A DNA stretch of 64,000 nt from Dehalococcoidia bacterium (lineage in GTDB: Bacteria > Chloroflexota > Dehalococcoidia > SM23-28-2 > RBG-16-64-32): assembly GCA_963665775.2 (NCBI GenBank), contig CAXXTF010000001.1, positions 768,001-832,000 on the forward strand, read 5' to 3'. Shown here piece after piece: positions 10,683-20,203 of the stretch. How positions within the stretch are numbered: position 1 is the first letter of the stretch; each line of letters starts with the position of its first letter. A model generated the notes under the pieces. It did not search any database and had not been told where the DNA came from. It saw only the letters and a list, made by a program, of their open reading frames with translations. The translations under genes were made by a program, and so were the position numbers.

Positions 10683-11430
10683 ATGCAAGAAGAGGACTAT
10701 ATCAGTGAGGCGAGACGCCTCCAATTCACCGTTCCAACAGACGCGACCCCCGAGCAACGGTTACTCGCCGCCGATATCATCACCTTAGATCACCGCGCGT
10801 ACACATGGCTGAAGCCCGGCACGCGCCAGTGGTCGGGAGTTCTTGCGCTCCTTCACGAAGCCGCGAACATGGGCCTAACAAACAGATCCCTAGAGCCCGC
10901 TCGGAAACTCTACGATCGAGCAGAGGCGACCTACGTTGTCCACCTACAGGCGAATAACAGATTGAGATACATGCTCGGGATCGTAATCGGCGGCCCAGTA
11001 GTGGCATATCTTGCTCTCCTGGTTCTCTGGGATTTGGGGTTCGGTTTCGGCAATGTTTCCAACCTCACCTATGAACTCCTTATCCTATATCCCTTTATTC
11101 GCGGGAATCGGCAGTCTGGCAAGCGTCCTGACGAGAATATCATCGATTGATTTGGGGCAGGAGGTGAGTACTCCGATTCTAATTGCGTCAGCCGCGTTCA
11201 GGCCGTTTGTAGCGATGTTCTTGGCGCTTATCGTCTTCTTCGTATTAGATTCCGAAATTGTCGATATTGAGTTGGGCGGCCTCCCTGGCAAGATAATGAA
11301 GGATGCGGATGGTAAAGTCGTAGGTTTCGATAATAAGACAAACGGATTCTATGTGGTGACCTCGTTCCTGAGTGGCTTCAGTGAGCGCTTTGCAAGAGAC
11401 ATCCTCTCGAGAGTCCCTATCGCTAAATGA
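10683..11430 (+). pseudogene. Multi-TM protein with C-terminal GFSERF motif, split by a 1-nt frameshift near 11087
   Basis: ORFs 10683-11150 and 11011-11430 join as YELLIL-IPLFAGIGSLASVLTR if one T is removed. Confidence 0.7.
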
Positions 11431-11631
11431 AAAGGAGCCGCAATCCCAGTGTGCATCTTCAATATTCGTGAACGCGTATGTGCTCGTGCGACGATCGGTA
11501 GGCGCGGTCCAAGTAGGGAGGGGTCGACGTGATGAATAAGCGCACGCTGGCGGGCAAGCCGGTTCCGCTGTTAGCATCGGATTCTGGGTAGGGGCCGGCT
11601 CTGCGTGCGAGCTGGCTAGAAAGGCGCACAC

Positions 11632-12726
11632 ATGAACACGGACAATCGCCAACCGGCTGACGCCGTCTTTGAGGGGGGCGGAGTCACAGGGATCGCCCTG
11701 ATCGGTGCCCTCAGCGTCATGGAGGAGACGTGGACCTGGGAGAACGTGGCGGGGACCTCGGCCGGCGCCATTGTGGCTGTCTTCACGGCCGCCGGCAAGT
11801 CCGCCCAGGATATCGATAAGATCCTCCGCAGCATCAGCCTGAGTGAACTCACCGACACCGGTTGGGAGGAGAAGGTGGACTGGATTCTCTCCCGGCTTTC
11901 GCCCCTCCGCCTCATTCCCGGTGTGGCGATGCTGAGAGAGCACATCTTCAGCGTCATCAAGGACTTCGGTATCTACGAGGGTGACCGATTCATGGAGCTG
12001 GTCACTGAGAATCTCCCGCCCGGCGTGCGCACCTTCGGCGACCTGTTGTACGATCCTGACCTTCCCAAAGATCATCCATATCGCTATAGGCTCCGCGTCG
12101 TGGCCTCCGACATCACCGCTAACCGGATGCTCGTGCTGCCCCAGGACATCCGCCATTTCGATAGAGACCCGGACAAGCTGACCATCGCCGAGGCCCTCCG
12201 GATGAGCATGAGCATCCCGATCTTCTTCGAGCCCTGGAAGCTGACGGACGCTAAGGGAACGGGCCACCTCATTGTGGACGGGGGGGTTCTCAGCAACTAC
12301 CCTATCTGGATGTTTGATGCTCCCATCGGCACGGATCCCACCTGGCCCACATTTGGGTTTGACCTGTACACTCCTGCGAACAAGGCGGATGGCCACCTCC
12401 CCTTTCCGAAGGAAGTAGACGAAGTCAAAAACCTCTTCGACTTCGGCAAGGGTATCTGGGACACAATGTTCTCGGCTATGGACGGCCGTTATATTGCCCA
12501 GCGCCACTGGGCCAGGACCATCGCCATTGACAACTGCAACATCTCCACGGCCCAGTTTGACCTGTCGCGTCAGGACGAAGACCGACTACGGGGGTCAGGC
12601 GTGAGAGCGGCCAGGGATTTCATGGAGGCCTGGGGAGATCCGGTAGAGGGGTTCTCGCGTTGGAAAGCCCAGTACCGTGGCGAGGTGGAGGAGGCCCAGC
12701 GATTTGCCGCCGATCTCTACACCTGA
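11632..12726 (+). CDS. Patatin-like phospholipase
   Basis: GGGVTG oxyanion loop, GTSAG nucleophile, SMSIPIFF, DGG. Confidence 0.93.
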   Translation: MNTDNRQPADAVFEGGGVTGIALIGALSVMEETWTWENVAGTSAGAIVAVFTAAGKSAQDIDKILRSISLSELTDTGWEEKVDWILSRLSPLRLIPGVAMLREHIFSVIKDFGIYEGDRFMELVTENLPPGVRTFGDLLYDPDLPKDHPYRYRLRVVASDITANRMLVLPQDIRHFDRDPDKLTIAEALRMSMSIPIFFEPWKLTDAKGTGHLIVDGGVLSNYPIWMFDAPIGTDPTWPTFGFDLYTPANKADGHLPFPKEVDEVKNLFDFGKGIWDTMFSAMDGRYIAQRHWARTIAIDNCNISTAQFDLSRQDEDRLRGSGVRAARDFMEAWGDPVEGFSRWKAQYRGEVEEAQRFAADLYT

Positions 12727-12800
12727 CCGCTGCACGTGTGCCGCTATGACAGGCTGAAGAATAGCCCATAGGGACAGGGGGTGACCCCTAATGGGCTAGA

Positions 12801-14000
12801 GTGGTCCGGACAAGGAGGCAGAAGATGGCTGGGAGTGTTCCCAAGAATTTCACTCCTGAACAGTGGAAATCTATATTCGTGGCGCTGAACGAGCAAGGTG
12901 TGTCATATGGACTGCCTGCGCAGCGAGTTGACAGTCTCGTATTGGGGAGCTGGAACCTGCGGCAGTTCGGTAACATACAGCTCGACGACAAGAATCGCCC
13001 GAGGGAGCCCGAGGCGTTCCGGTTAATGGCCTCCGTGTTGATGCACTTCGATTTGGTGGCGATCCAGGAGATCAAGGACGATCTGGACAGCCTCCGGCTT
13101 CTGCACCGCTTCTTGCCGGAATACGACCTGGTGGTGTCGGATGTGACGGGAAACTACGAACGGTTGGGGTTCTTTTCTAAGTTCGAGAGGGTGAGGAGGA
13201 CGAATCTGGCGGCGGAGATAGACGTGCCGATGGTCCAGATGCGGTCGATAATCCAGGAGAACTGGGAAGAATTCCAGGATGAGCTAGAGCGGTACGGGCA
13301 AGAGGTGACGGCGGGAAGGAAGTCCCGGATAGAGCTGCCGGCATTCTTGGGGTTCGCCCGGGCCCCGTACTGCGTGAGCTTCGAGGCGGGATGGCGGCAT
13401 GCCCCCCTTCACTTCCTGGCGTACAACGCGCACATCTATTACGGCGAAAAGCACACCGATCGGACCAACGAATTCGTGGCCCTGCTGAACTGGCTGTTTC
13501 GACGATGGGGCTACGCGGAGACGATCTTCTCGCCCAACTTCATCGTGTTTGGGGATATGAATACGGAGGTGGTGGCGAGACACGAGACGACGCTCGAGAC
13601 GCTTCGTGAGCACATACTGAAGCAGGCGAAAGCGTCGCGACGGCGCGCCCTGTCGCGGGCGCGCAAGGAGGGAGATTCACGGCTACTCGATGCGATCAAG
13701 AAGCAGCGCGCTCTCTTTCCATTTCTCACCGGACTGGAGGACATGCCTCCGCCGTCGATCGGGTCGAACCTCACCGGGACGGAGCGGTTCGATCAAATCT
13801 TTCTGCTGATGCGATCGAGAGGCTCGGATACACCGACGGTAGCGGAGTACGGCGTGTTCGACATCCCGTCGCTCGTGAAGAGCGCGCTGAAGGGGTACAG
13901 GCTAACAGACAAGACGCGGACGGATCGAATTCGCCAGCAGATTTCCGATCATATACCGATCTGGATACGGCTCAGGCTACCGGACCCGCTCACGGTGTAG
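12801..14000 (+). CDS. Endonuclease/exonuclease/phosphatase (DNase I-like) family protein; likely start ATG 12825
   Basis: SWNL, DLVAIQE, GDMN, FDQIF, SDHIP motifs. Confidence 0.88.
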   Translation: MVRTRRQKMAGSVPKNFTPEQWKSIFVALNEQGVSYGLPAQRVDSLVLGSWNLRQFGNIQLDDKNRPREPEAFRLMASVLMHFDLVAIQEIKDDLDSLRLLHRFLPEYDLVVSDVTGNYERLGFFSKFERVRRTNLAAEIDVPMVQMRSIIQENWEEFQDELERYGQEVTAGRKSRIELPAFLGFARAPYCVSFEAGWRHAPLHFLAYNAHIYYGEKHTDRTNEFVALLNWLFRRWGYAETIFSPNFIVFGDMNTEVVARHETTLETLREHILKQAKASRRRALSRARKEGDSRLLDAIKKQRALFPFLTGLEDMPPPSIGSNLTGTERFDQIFLLMRSRGSDTPTVAEYGVFDIPSLVKSALKGYRLTDKTRTDRIRQQISDHIPIWIRLRLPDPLTV

Positions 14001-14056
14001 GAATCGCGTTCGTTAGGGCGCCCTGCGGGGCTCTTTGCCAGCCCAGCCCATGTCTA

Positions 14057-14079
14057 GCACACGATCGACACATAGTGTG
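14057..14079. repeat. Dispersed imperfect palindrome, second copy
   Basis: GCACACGATCGACACATAGTGTG. Confidence 0.75.
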
Positions 14080-14384
14080 GTCACCGTGCTGGCCCCTAAT
14101 AGGCCGCATTGTACCGTCGATCCTCAAGCCCCGTATTTAGCCAGAGTACGTCCAGGCCGTATACGGCTGGGCCACTATTACTGGCCGTTTTCATGCCCCG
14201 TGACTTGACCTCGGACGTTGCGCCCTCTGTTTGCCGGAGCGGGACAAATAGCTTTCAGCTATTTCGTGTATAATCACTGCATATAGTAATTATGTGGTCG
14301 ATAGTCACAGGCGCGGCGCCATCGGTCAGTAGGGCAGCCGAGGTCTCCTGACTATAATCGGCCCTAGGCAGGACAGCGTGCAAG

Positions 14385-16949
14385 ATGGTCGTGGACAGCA
14401 ACACAGCTAAGATCACGCTAACAGAAAAAAAGAGCGACGGTAAGGTCGTTCCGTCCTTCTGCCACCTATGCGTCTATGGTCAGTGCTCCACACTGGTGCA
14501 CGTAGTGGACGGCGTGGCGGTGAAGGTGGAGGGGAACCCAGAGGCACCTCATAACCAGGGGAGGCTCTGCGCCAGGGGCAACGCCAACCTGATGGAGCTG
14601 TACGACCCCTACCGGGTCAAGGTGCCCTTGAAGCGGACCAATCCGGAGAAGGGCCTGGATGTGGACCCCAAGTTCGTAGAGATCTCCTGGGAAGAGGCGC
14701 TGGAGATAGTGGCCGAGAAGCTCAGGGCCGTAAAGGAGGAGGACTCCCGGCAGTTCCACTCCAGTGGGGGAATGGCCGACCAGGGGCTGGCTCGAGGCGA
14801 ATTTCAAGCGTTTTTCGGTGGCGCCCCGATGCAAAAGTTCGGCGGGGTCGCTGCCTGTGGCAGCTCAGAGCACGCCGTTTCGGCCTGGGCCCATAACGCG
14901 CACGTATCTGGATATGACCCCGACTACGTGGAGCTGCTTGCGCTCCAGGGCACCAATGCCGGCTTCGGGACCTGGATTGGAGCCGCCGCTGGGGGTGGGG
15001 TTAGCCGAATTGCCGATGCCCGGGCCGAGCGTGGTGCCAGGATCGTTAGTATTGATCCCCGCTGCGGCGAGGGGAGCAACAAGGCGAACGAGTGGATCCC
15101 CATCCTACCAGGCACGGACCTGGCCTTTAACCTGGCCGTACTACACGTCATCCTTCACGAGCTGAACCGATTCGACGTGGAGTTCATCAAGCTTCACACT
15201 AATGGGCCCTACCTCATCCAGTCCAACGGCTACTACCTGAAGGACGCCGAGGGCAAGCCGCTGGTATGGGACGCCGCCGCTCAGGTCGCTAGACCCTTCG
15301 ATGCCCCGGAGATCAAGGACTTTGTCCTGGAGGGTACCTACGAGGTAGACGGGGAGGCCTGCAATCCCGCCTTCCACCTGCTGAAGGAACGGATGCTCCC
15401 TTATACCCCGGAGTGGGCCGAGCAGATCAGCACCGTGCCCGCTGCCCAGATCAGACGCTTTGCCGCCGATTTCGTGAAAGCGGCGAGGATCGGTACCAGC
15501 ATCAAGATAGACGGTGTCGAGTTTCCGTTCCGGCCGGCCGCCATGATCGGCTATCACGGCTCCCAGCGCCATTACAACGGCCCCTTTACCACTATGTCAC
15601 TGCGCCTGATAAACGCCATGGTTGGCAATTTCGATGTGCCGGGTGGCAACAAGGGATGGGCTCGCGAACCGCTGATTAATTACGACACCCCCGCTCCCTC
15701 GGACGGGATGCTGGAGTTTATCCCGCGATCCGCAATCAAGTTTCCTCCGGACCCTGACCTCAAGCAGTTCTACCCGCTGGCCGTAGACACACACATTGTC
15801 TGGTTGAACTATATTCAGACAGATCCCGAGATGCAGGAGCGGTTCAAGGTCCCGTACACCCTAAAGGTGCTCTGTCTGGGGGGTACTAACCCCTTCGCCA
15901 ATCAGGGCGATCCCCACCAGACTGAGGGGGTCATGAGGGCCATCGACTTCATCTTCACGATATCCATTCATATCGACGACCCAGCACTCTTCGCCGATGT
16001 GGTACTTCCGGAGGACTGCGCAGCGGAGCGGCTGGAGGCCCGGCAGTACTCCGCCATGTTCCAGATTGGGGTGGAGATGATGCTGCTGCGGCAACCTGTT
16101 GTGCCGCGTCTATACGATACCAAGCACCCCGACGAGATGGCGATGGAACTTGCCGATAAGCTGGGCATGCTCTATGGCGAGGATGGCTACATCGACTACA
16201 TGAACAGTGTCCTCCCCCGACGTGGAAACCCTGTCAGGCTGGACATCAATAGAAAGCCAACGCTGGAGGAGCTCGTGGACACTAGGCTCAAAGCCTGGGG
16301 CGGCGAGGACAAGGGGCTGGGATGGTTCAGCGAGCGGGGACTCCTGGCTAACAAACTGCCTGTCGAAAAAGACTACCATTGGGCCCCCCTATCTGGGCGG
16401 CGCTTTCCTATCTACTTCGAGCCGGTCAAGGAGTTGGGTGACGTTCTGAAGAGCCGGGTCAAAGAAGAATACGGGTGGGACTGGGACACCTCGTGGTACG
16501 ATGCGTTACCTCGCTGGGAGCCCTGCCCGGAGCATCGCGATGAGCTGTGGCCGCCTGGCTTCGATCTGTACCTGATCAACTACAAAACGCCCTACAACAC
16601 CAATAGCCAGACCGCGGGGAACCCCTGGCTAGCCGAGGTGTACGAGGCTGATCCATACTTCCTGCGGGCCTGGATGAACGAGGAGACGGGGAAGAGGATG
16701 GGGCTGCGTGATGGCGAAAAGGTATGGATTGAGTCTACAGTCAACAAGGTGGATGCACGAGTAAAGCTCAGCGAGACGGTCCATCCTCGGGTGGTTGCGA
16801 TCGGTGGGGCTCAAGGCAGCCATGCGACCAACCCGTTCGCCAAGAAGGGGATCAGCTACGCCAGCTTACTACCGCAACAACCGGAGAATATCAATCCCAT
16901 GCTCTGTAACCTTGAGTGGTGCACCCGCATAAAGGTTACTAAGGCGTAA
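14385..16949 (+). CDS. Molybdopterin oxidoreductase catalytic subunit (DMSO reductase family), no Tat signal
   Basis: CHLCVYGQC...LCARG Fe-S motif, PLKR, PGTD, ADVVLP, C-terminal molybdopterin dinucleotide-binding domain. Confidence 0.92.
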   Translation: MVVDSNTAKITLTEKKSDGKVVPSFCHLCVYGQCSTLVHVVDGVAVKVEGNPEAPHNQGRLCARGNANLMELYDPYRVKVPLKRTNPEKGLDVDPKFVEISWEEALEIVAEKLRAVKEEDSRQFHSSGGMADQGLARGEFQAFFGGAPMQKFGGVAACGSSEHAVSAWAHNAHVSGYDPDYVELLALQGTNAGFGTWIGAAAGGGVSRIADARAERGARIVSIDPRCGEGSNKANEWIPILPGTDLAFNLAVLHVILHELNRFDVEFIKLHTNGPYLIQSNGYYLKDAEGKPLVWDAAAQVARPFDAPEIKDFVLEGTYEVDGEACNPAFHLLKERMLPYTPEWAEQISTVPAAQIRRFAADFVKAARIGTSIKIDGVEFPFRPAAMIGYHGSQRHYNGPFTTMSLRLINAMVGNFDVPGGNKGWAREPLINYDTPAPSDGMLEFIPRSAIKFPPDPDLKQFYPLAVDTHIVWLNYIQTDPEMQERFKVPYTLKVLCLGGTNPFANQGDPHQTEGVMRAIDFIFTISIHIDDPALFADVVLPEDCAAERLEARQYSAMFQIGVEMMLLRQPVVPRLYDTKHPDEMAMELADKLGMLYGEDGYIDYMNSVLPRRGNPVRLDINRKPTLEELVDTRLKAWGGEDKGLGWFSERGLLANKLPVEKDYHWAPLSGRRFPIYFEPVKELGDVLKSRVKEEYGWDWDTSWYDALPRWEPCPEHRDELWPPGFDLYLINYKTPYNTNSQTAGNPWLAEVYEADPYFLRAWMNEETGKRMGLRDGEKVWIESTVNKVDARVKLSETVHPRVVAIGGAQGSHATNPFAKKGISYASLLPQQPENINPMLCNLEWCTRIKVTKA

Positions 16950-17467
16950 GTAATCGAAACCCCTGGCTAAATACTGGCCAGCGTACGATAGCTTCCCGTT
17001 GCCGACCTCTGGGAGAAGCCGGGGGATGTCGGGATCCCGTCTGAGGCTGCGGGAATGGCCGCCGCAGAGGCAGAGGCCCATGCCATAGCCCATATGTGCA
17101 CTTCTGCGCGGCCCGGATTTAGTGAATGGTTCGACGCAGGCTGGGTTCCTATTTGCGAGGCCAAAGACCTGACGGAGCAGGGCTGGCTAGTGGCATCTGA
17201 TATGCACAAATCGGCTCACCTTGGTATGGGGGTGCCTGGCTCCCAACAGGAGGCTGCTTCATCCTTAGCGGCACCCGTCATGCCCGTCTACGCAGGTATC
17301 TAGGTGCATAGTATTGCGACCTTGTCCCGAAATACAATGTAGCGGAAGCCGCTCACTCAGTCGTAAACGCAAGGAGGTCCCCATGGCCAGCATGTTCATC
17401 CGTCGTCAGGGCTGATACTGAGAAGATAGGTCCGTCGCAACGACTACCCAGAAAGAGAGAGATTCAG

Positions 17468-17872
17468 ATGCAGGATCAAATCCCAAGGCCGCTGCCTCAA
17501 CCCAATCTCGATACACAGCCCTATTGGGACGCAGCCAAGCAGGGCAAGCTGGTCGTCCAATACTGTCCCCAGACCGGAAAGTATCAGCATCCTCCGAAGC
17601 CGTCAATGGCGGGATGCAGATTTGACTTCGAGTGGAAGGAGGTGAAGGGCATCGGTAAGATATACTCCTTCACTATCGTAGGTCCTCCTGCGCATCCGGC
17701 CTTCGAGCCGCCGTACGCGGTCATTTTAGTTGAAATCGATGACGCGCCCGGGGTACGCATAATCGCAAACATCAAGGGCGTCGAACCGGAGAAGCTGGAG
17801 ATCGGGATGCCGGTCAAGGTCCAGTTCGAGACCGTGGAGGACATAACTCTGCCCTATTTCGTCCCGGCGTAG
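17468..17872 (+). CDS. DUF35 Zn-ribbon/OB-fold acyl-CoA-binding protein
   Basis: PYWDAAKQGKLVVQYC...GKIYSFT...IGMPVKV. Confidence 0.88.
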   Translation: MQDQIPRPLPQPNLDTQPYWDAAKQGKLVVQYCPQTGKYQHPPKPSMAGCRFDFEWKEVKGIGKIYSFTIVGPPAHPAFEPPYAVILVEIDDAPGVRIIANIKGVEPEKLEIGMPVKVQFETVEDITLPYFVPA

Positions 17873-18491
17873 AGAAGCGAGACCGCTAAAAGTGCTGTTG
17901 CCCAGGATACGAGCGAGGGGCCTCGATCAGTCGAATGATGGTGGGCGAGGTGCTGAAGCTAGATGCGCTCGGGCTTGACTTTGCTGTAGCCATAAATGGA
18001 TATGGATGATGTAAGGCCGTTGAGTAATCGGGCCAATCAGAGTTGCCCTGCCACGAGTGACGACTGACGTCGATTGCGGAAGGCATGTGAAGTGTGGACT
18101 TAACCGTCGCCCATTAATGTAGCTCATCATGCTATCATGGTCTCGAACATGGGTGCTTATCGTGAGGACCTACCAGCATCTGAGAGCAACAGCCACCAAA
18201 TGTGCGCGGCCTTACGCAAGTCGAACTTGTCAATAACGGAATTCGAATGGCCCTATAGCGCCTCACTTGGCTTGGCCAAAACATCGGCGGCCCTGCCCAG
18301 CTCAACGACGGATCCTGACCACGTCGCACCACAGCTCGAACGATTTCCACTCCGCGGGCTATCCATGGGTTTCAAAACATGGTGGAGTAATTTCCAATGG
18401 TTGGAAATCAATCGCGGCCTCTGATGATGGGCGTCATGTGGATGACTGAGCAGGGCCGCGAATATGAGCAGAAGGACGACGGCGGCCCCAT

Positions 18492-19666
18492 TGTAGGGGG
18501 GCAAAATGTCATCCGTATCTGAAACAGGTCAAGCAGCCAGCCATTCGTACTCGTGATGTAGTCCGCCCAGCACCGGCCGGGCAACGATCCGCCCGACCCG
18601 CGGCGGGCTAGCCCGTGCAGGTGGCCCGGTAGGAGTCTCAAGATCCAGAGTGCGATGAGGTCGCCCGTTGTTGTAGTGGACCTCGTACTCCCCCAGCACG
18701 GCACGAAGATGCTTCTCATTGATGATGATCAGGTGATCTAGGCACTCTCTGCGGAGTGTGCGTATCACGCGTTCGGCGATGGCGTTCGCCTTGGGAGCTC
18801 GGATCGGGGTGAGAATGACTTTGATACCCAGCCGGGCCGCCCTTGGGTTGAAGCTCCCGCCATAGCAGCAGTCGCGATCACGGATGAGGTGCTTCGGCTG
18901 CTTACCCCAGGGTGTGGCCTCGATGAGCTGTCGCCATATCCACTCTGCATTAGGGTGAGCAGTCACGTTCAGGTGAACCAACCGGCGCCGGCTATGAGAG
19001 ATGAAAAGGAACACGTAAAGAGTCTTAAGGGCCAGCGTCTGAACGGTGAAGGAGTCAGTGGCCCAGATATGGGGCGCGTGGTTCTTGAGGAAGGTTCGCC
19101 AGGACTGAGATGGCGGGCCGCGCCATCTTGATCGGCGGTAGCGCCGCACCGTTCGAGAGCTGATGTCAAAGCCGAGCTTGCGGAGTTCGCCCACGATGCG
19201 CACGCTGCCCCAGCGGGGATTCTCGCGGGCCAGGCGTCGGATGAGGTCGCGGACCTGCATCGGGATGCGTGATCGGCCCAGAGATCTGTTGGACCGGTAC
19301 TTCTAGATCCAATACCGTCGCCAGGCGGTGCGTTGCCAGCGGATGACCGTCTCCGGCTGGACGAGAATCACCGCCGATTGCCAGCGAGACCAGAGCCTAG
19401 AGAGGAACGACCAGAACAGGCGGTCAGCGGGTTCCAGCCTGGGTCGACGCGGTTGGCGGGAAAGGACGGCGAGTTGCTGTCGGAGGGCAATATTCTCCAG
19501 GACGAGGTGTCGCTGAGATCTAAGGGTGACGGGCAGGGCAGAGCAGAGGAGCAGAAAGTATGTGATCAATGGCAGGCCTCCGTGGAGAAATATTGCCTCC
19601 ACGTTGGCCAAATCAGATCTGTGCGTCAACCTCCTCTAGATACGGATGACATTTTGCCCCCCTACA
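18492..19666 (-). mobile_element. rve-type (IS481/IS3-related) insertion sequence, 1175 bp; transposase inactivated by an in-frame TAG
   Basis: Perfect 29-bp IR TGTAGGGGGGCAAAATGTCATCCGTATCT at 18492-18520 and 19638-19666; ORFs 19303-19629 and 18529-19260 in the same frame; RDRD, ERVIRTLRREC motifs. Confidence 0.92.
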
Positions 19667-19879
19667 GTACCTTGAGCCGGAGTGAAGACCGTTGACATTA
19701 GGGTGGTGACTGGAAAGACAGGTTCGACAGGCGCCCTTCGTCCTCGATCACAGCAAGTTCGAACATGCCTTCGGCAATCATGCAACACCTCTTCGGGAAG
19801 CTGTCCGAGATATCGTGGGTTGGTACCGAGAGCATCCGTAATAGCGCTGATCGCGGCACAATTGGCCTGGGAATCGTGA

Positions 19880-20151
19880 CCTTGAACCGCCCCCATAAAT
19901 GCTTCCACCGCACGCTGACAGAGCAGATGAAGCTGGTGGTGTACGAGACTCCCACGGAGCTACGACAGGCGGTGGCGGCCTTCGTCGATTGCTACAACCA
20001 CCGCCGCTACCACGAGGGGATCGGCAACTTCACTCCTCCCGGAGATCTCTACTACAGACGCCGGTGCGAGATACTAGGCGGAAGCGAGAGAGCCGCCCAA
20101 GTGTCCATTAGAAAACGGGCCGACAAGTCCGAAAGTCGCTGAAGATTTACA
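19880..20151 (+). mobile_element. IS3/IS481-type transposase C-terminal remnant plus IS end
   Basis: FHRTL...YNHRRYHEGIGNFTP; end 20083-20151 repeated at 42062-42130. Confidence 0.75.
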
Positions 20152-20203
20152 GTCGGCTTCCCGTGGGTGACGCCTGCACCAATCGCCACCGCGCCTTGCA
20201 CTC

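Noticed and set aside
10683-14000. CBASS system
   Set aside because: No CD-NTase or Cap2/Cap3 genes next to the patatin
2897-19305. Genome-wide TAG recoding or pyrrolysine suggested by three in-frame TAGs
   Set aside because: Many intact genes here end in TAG; the IS case fits a TGG to TAG mutation; the surface gene also has a frameshift
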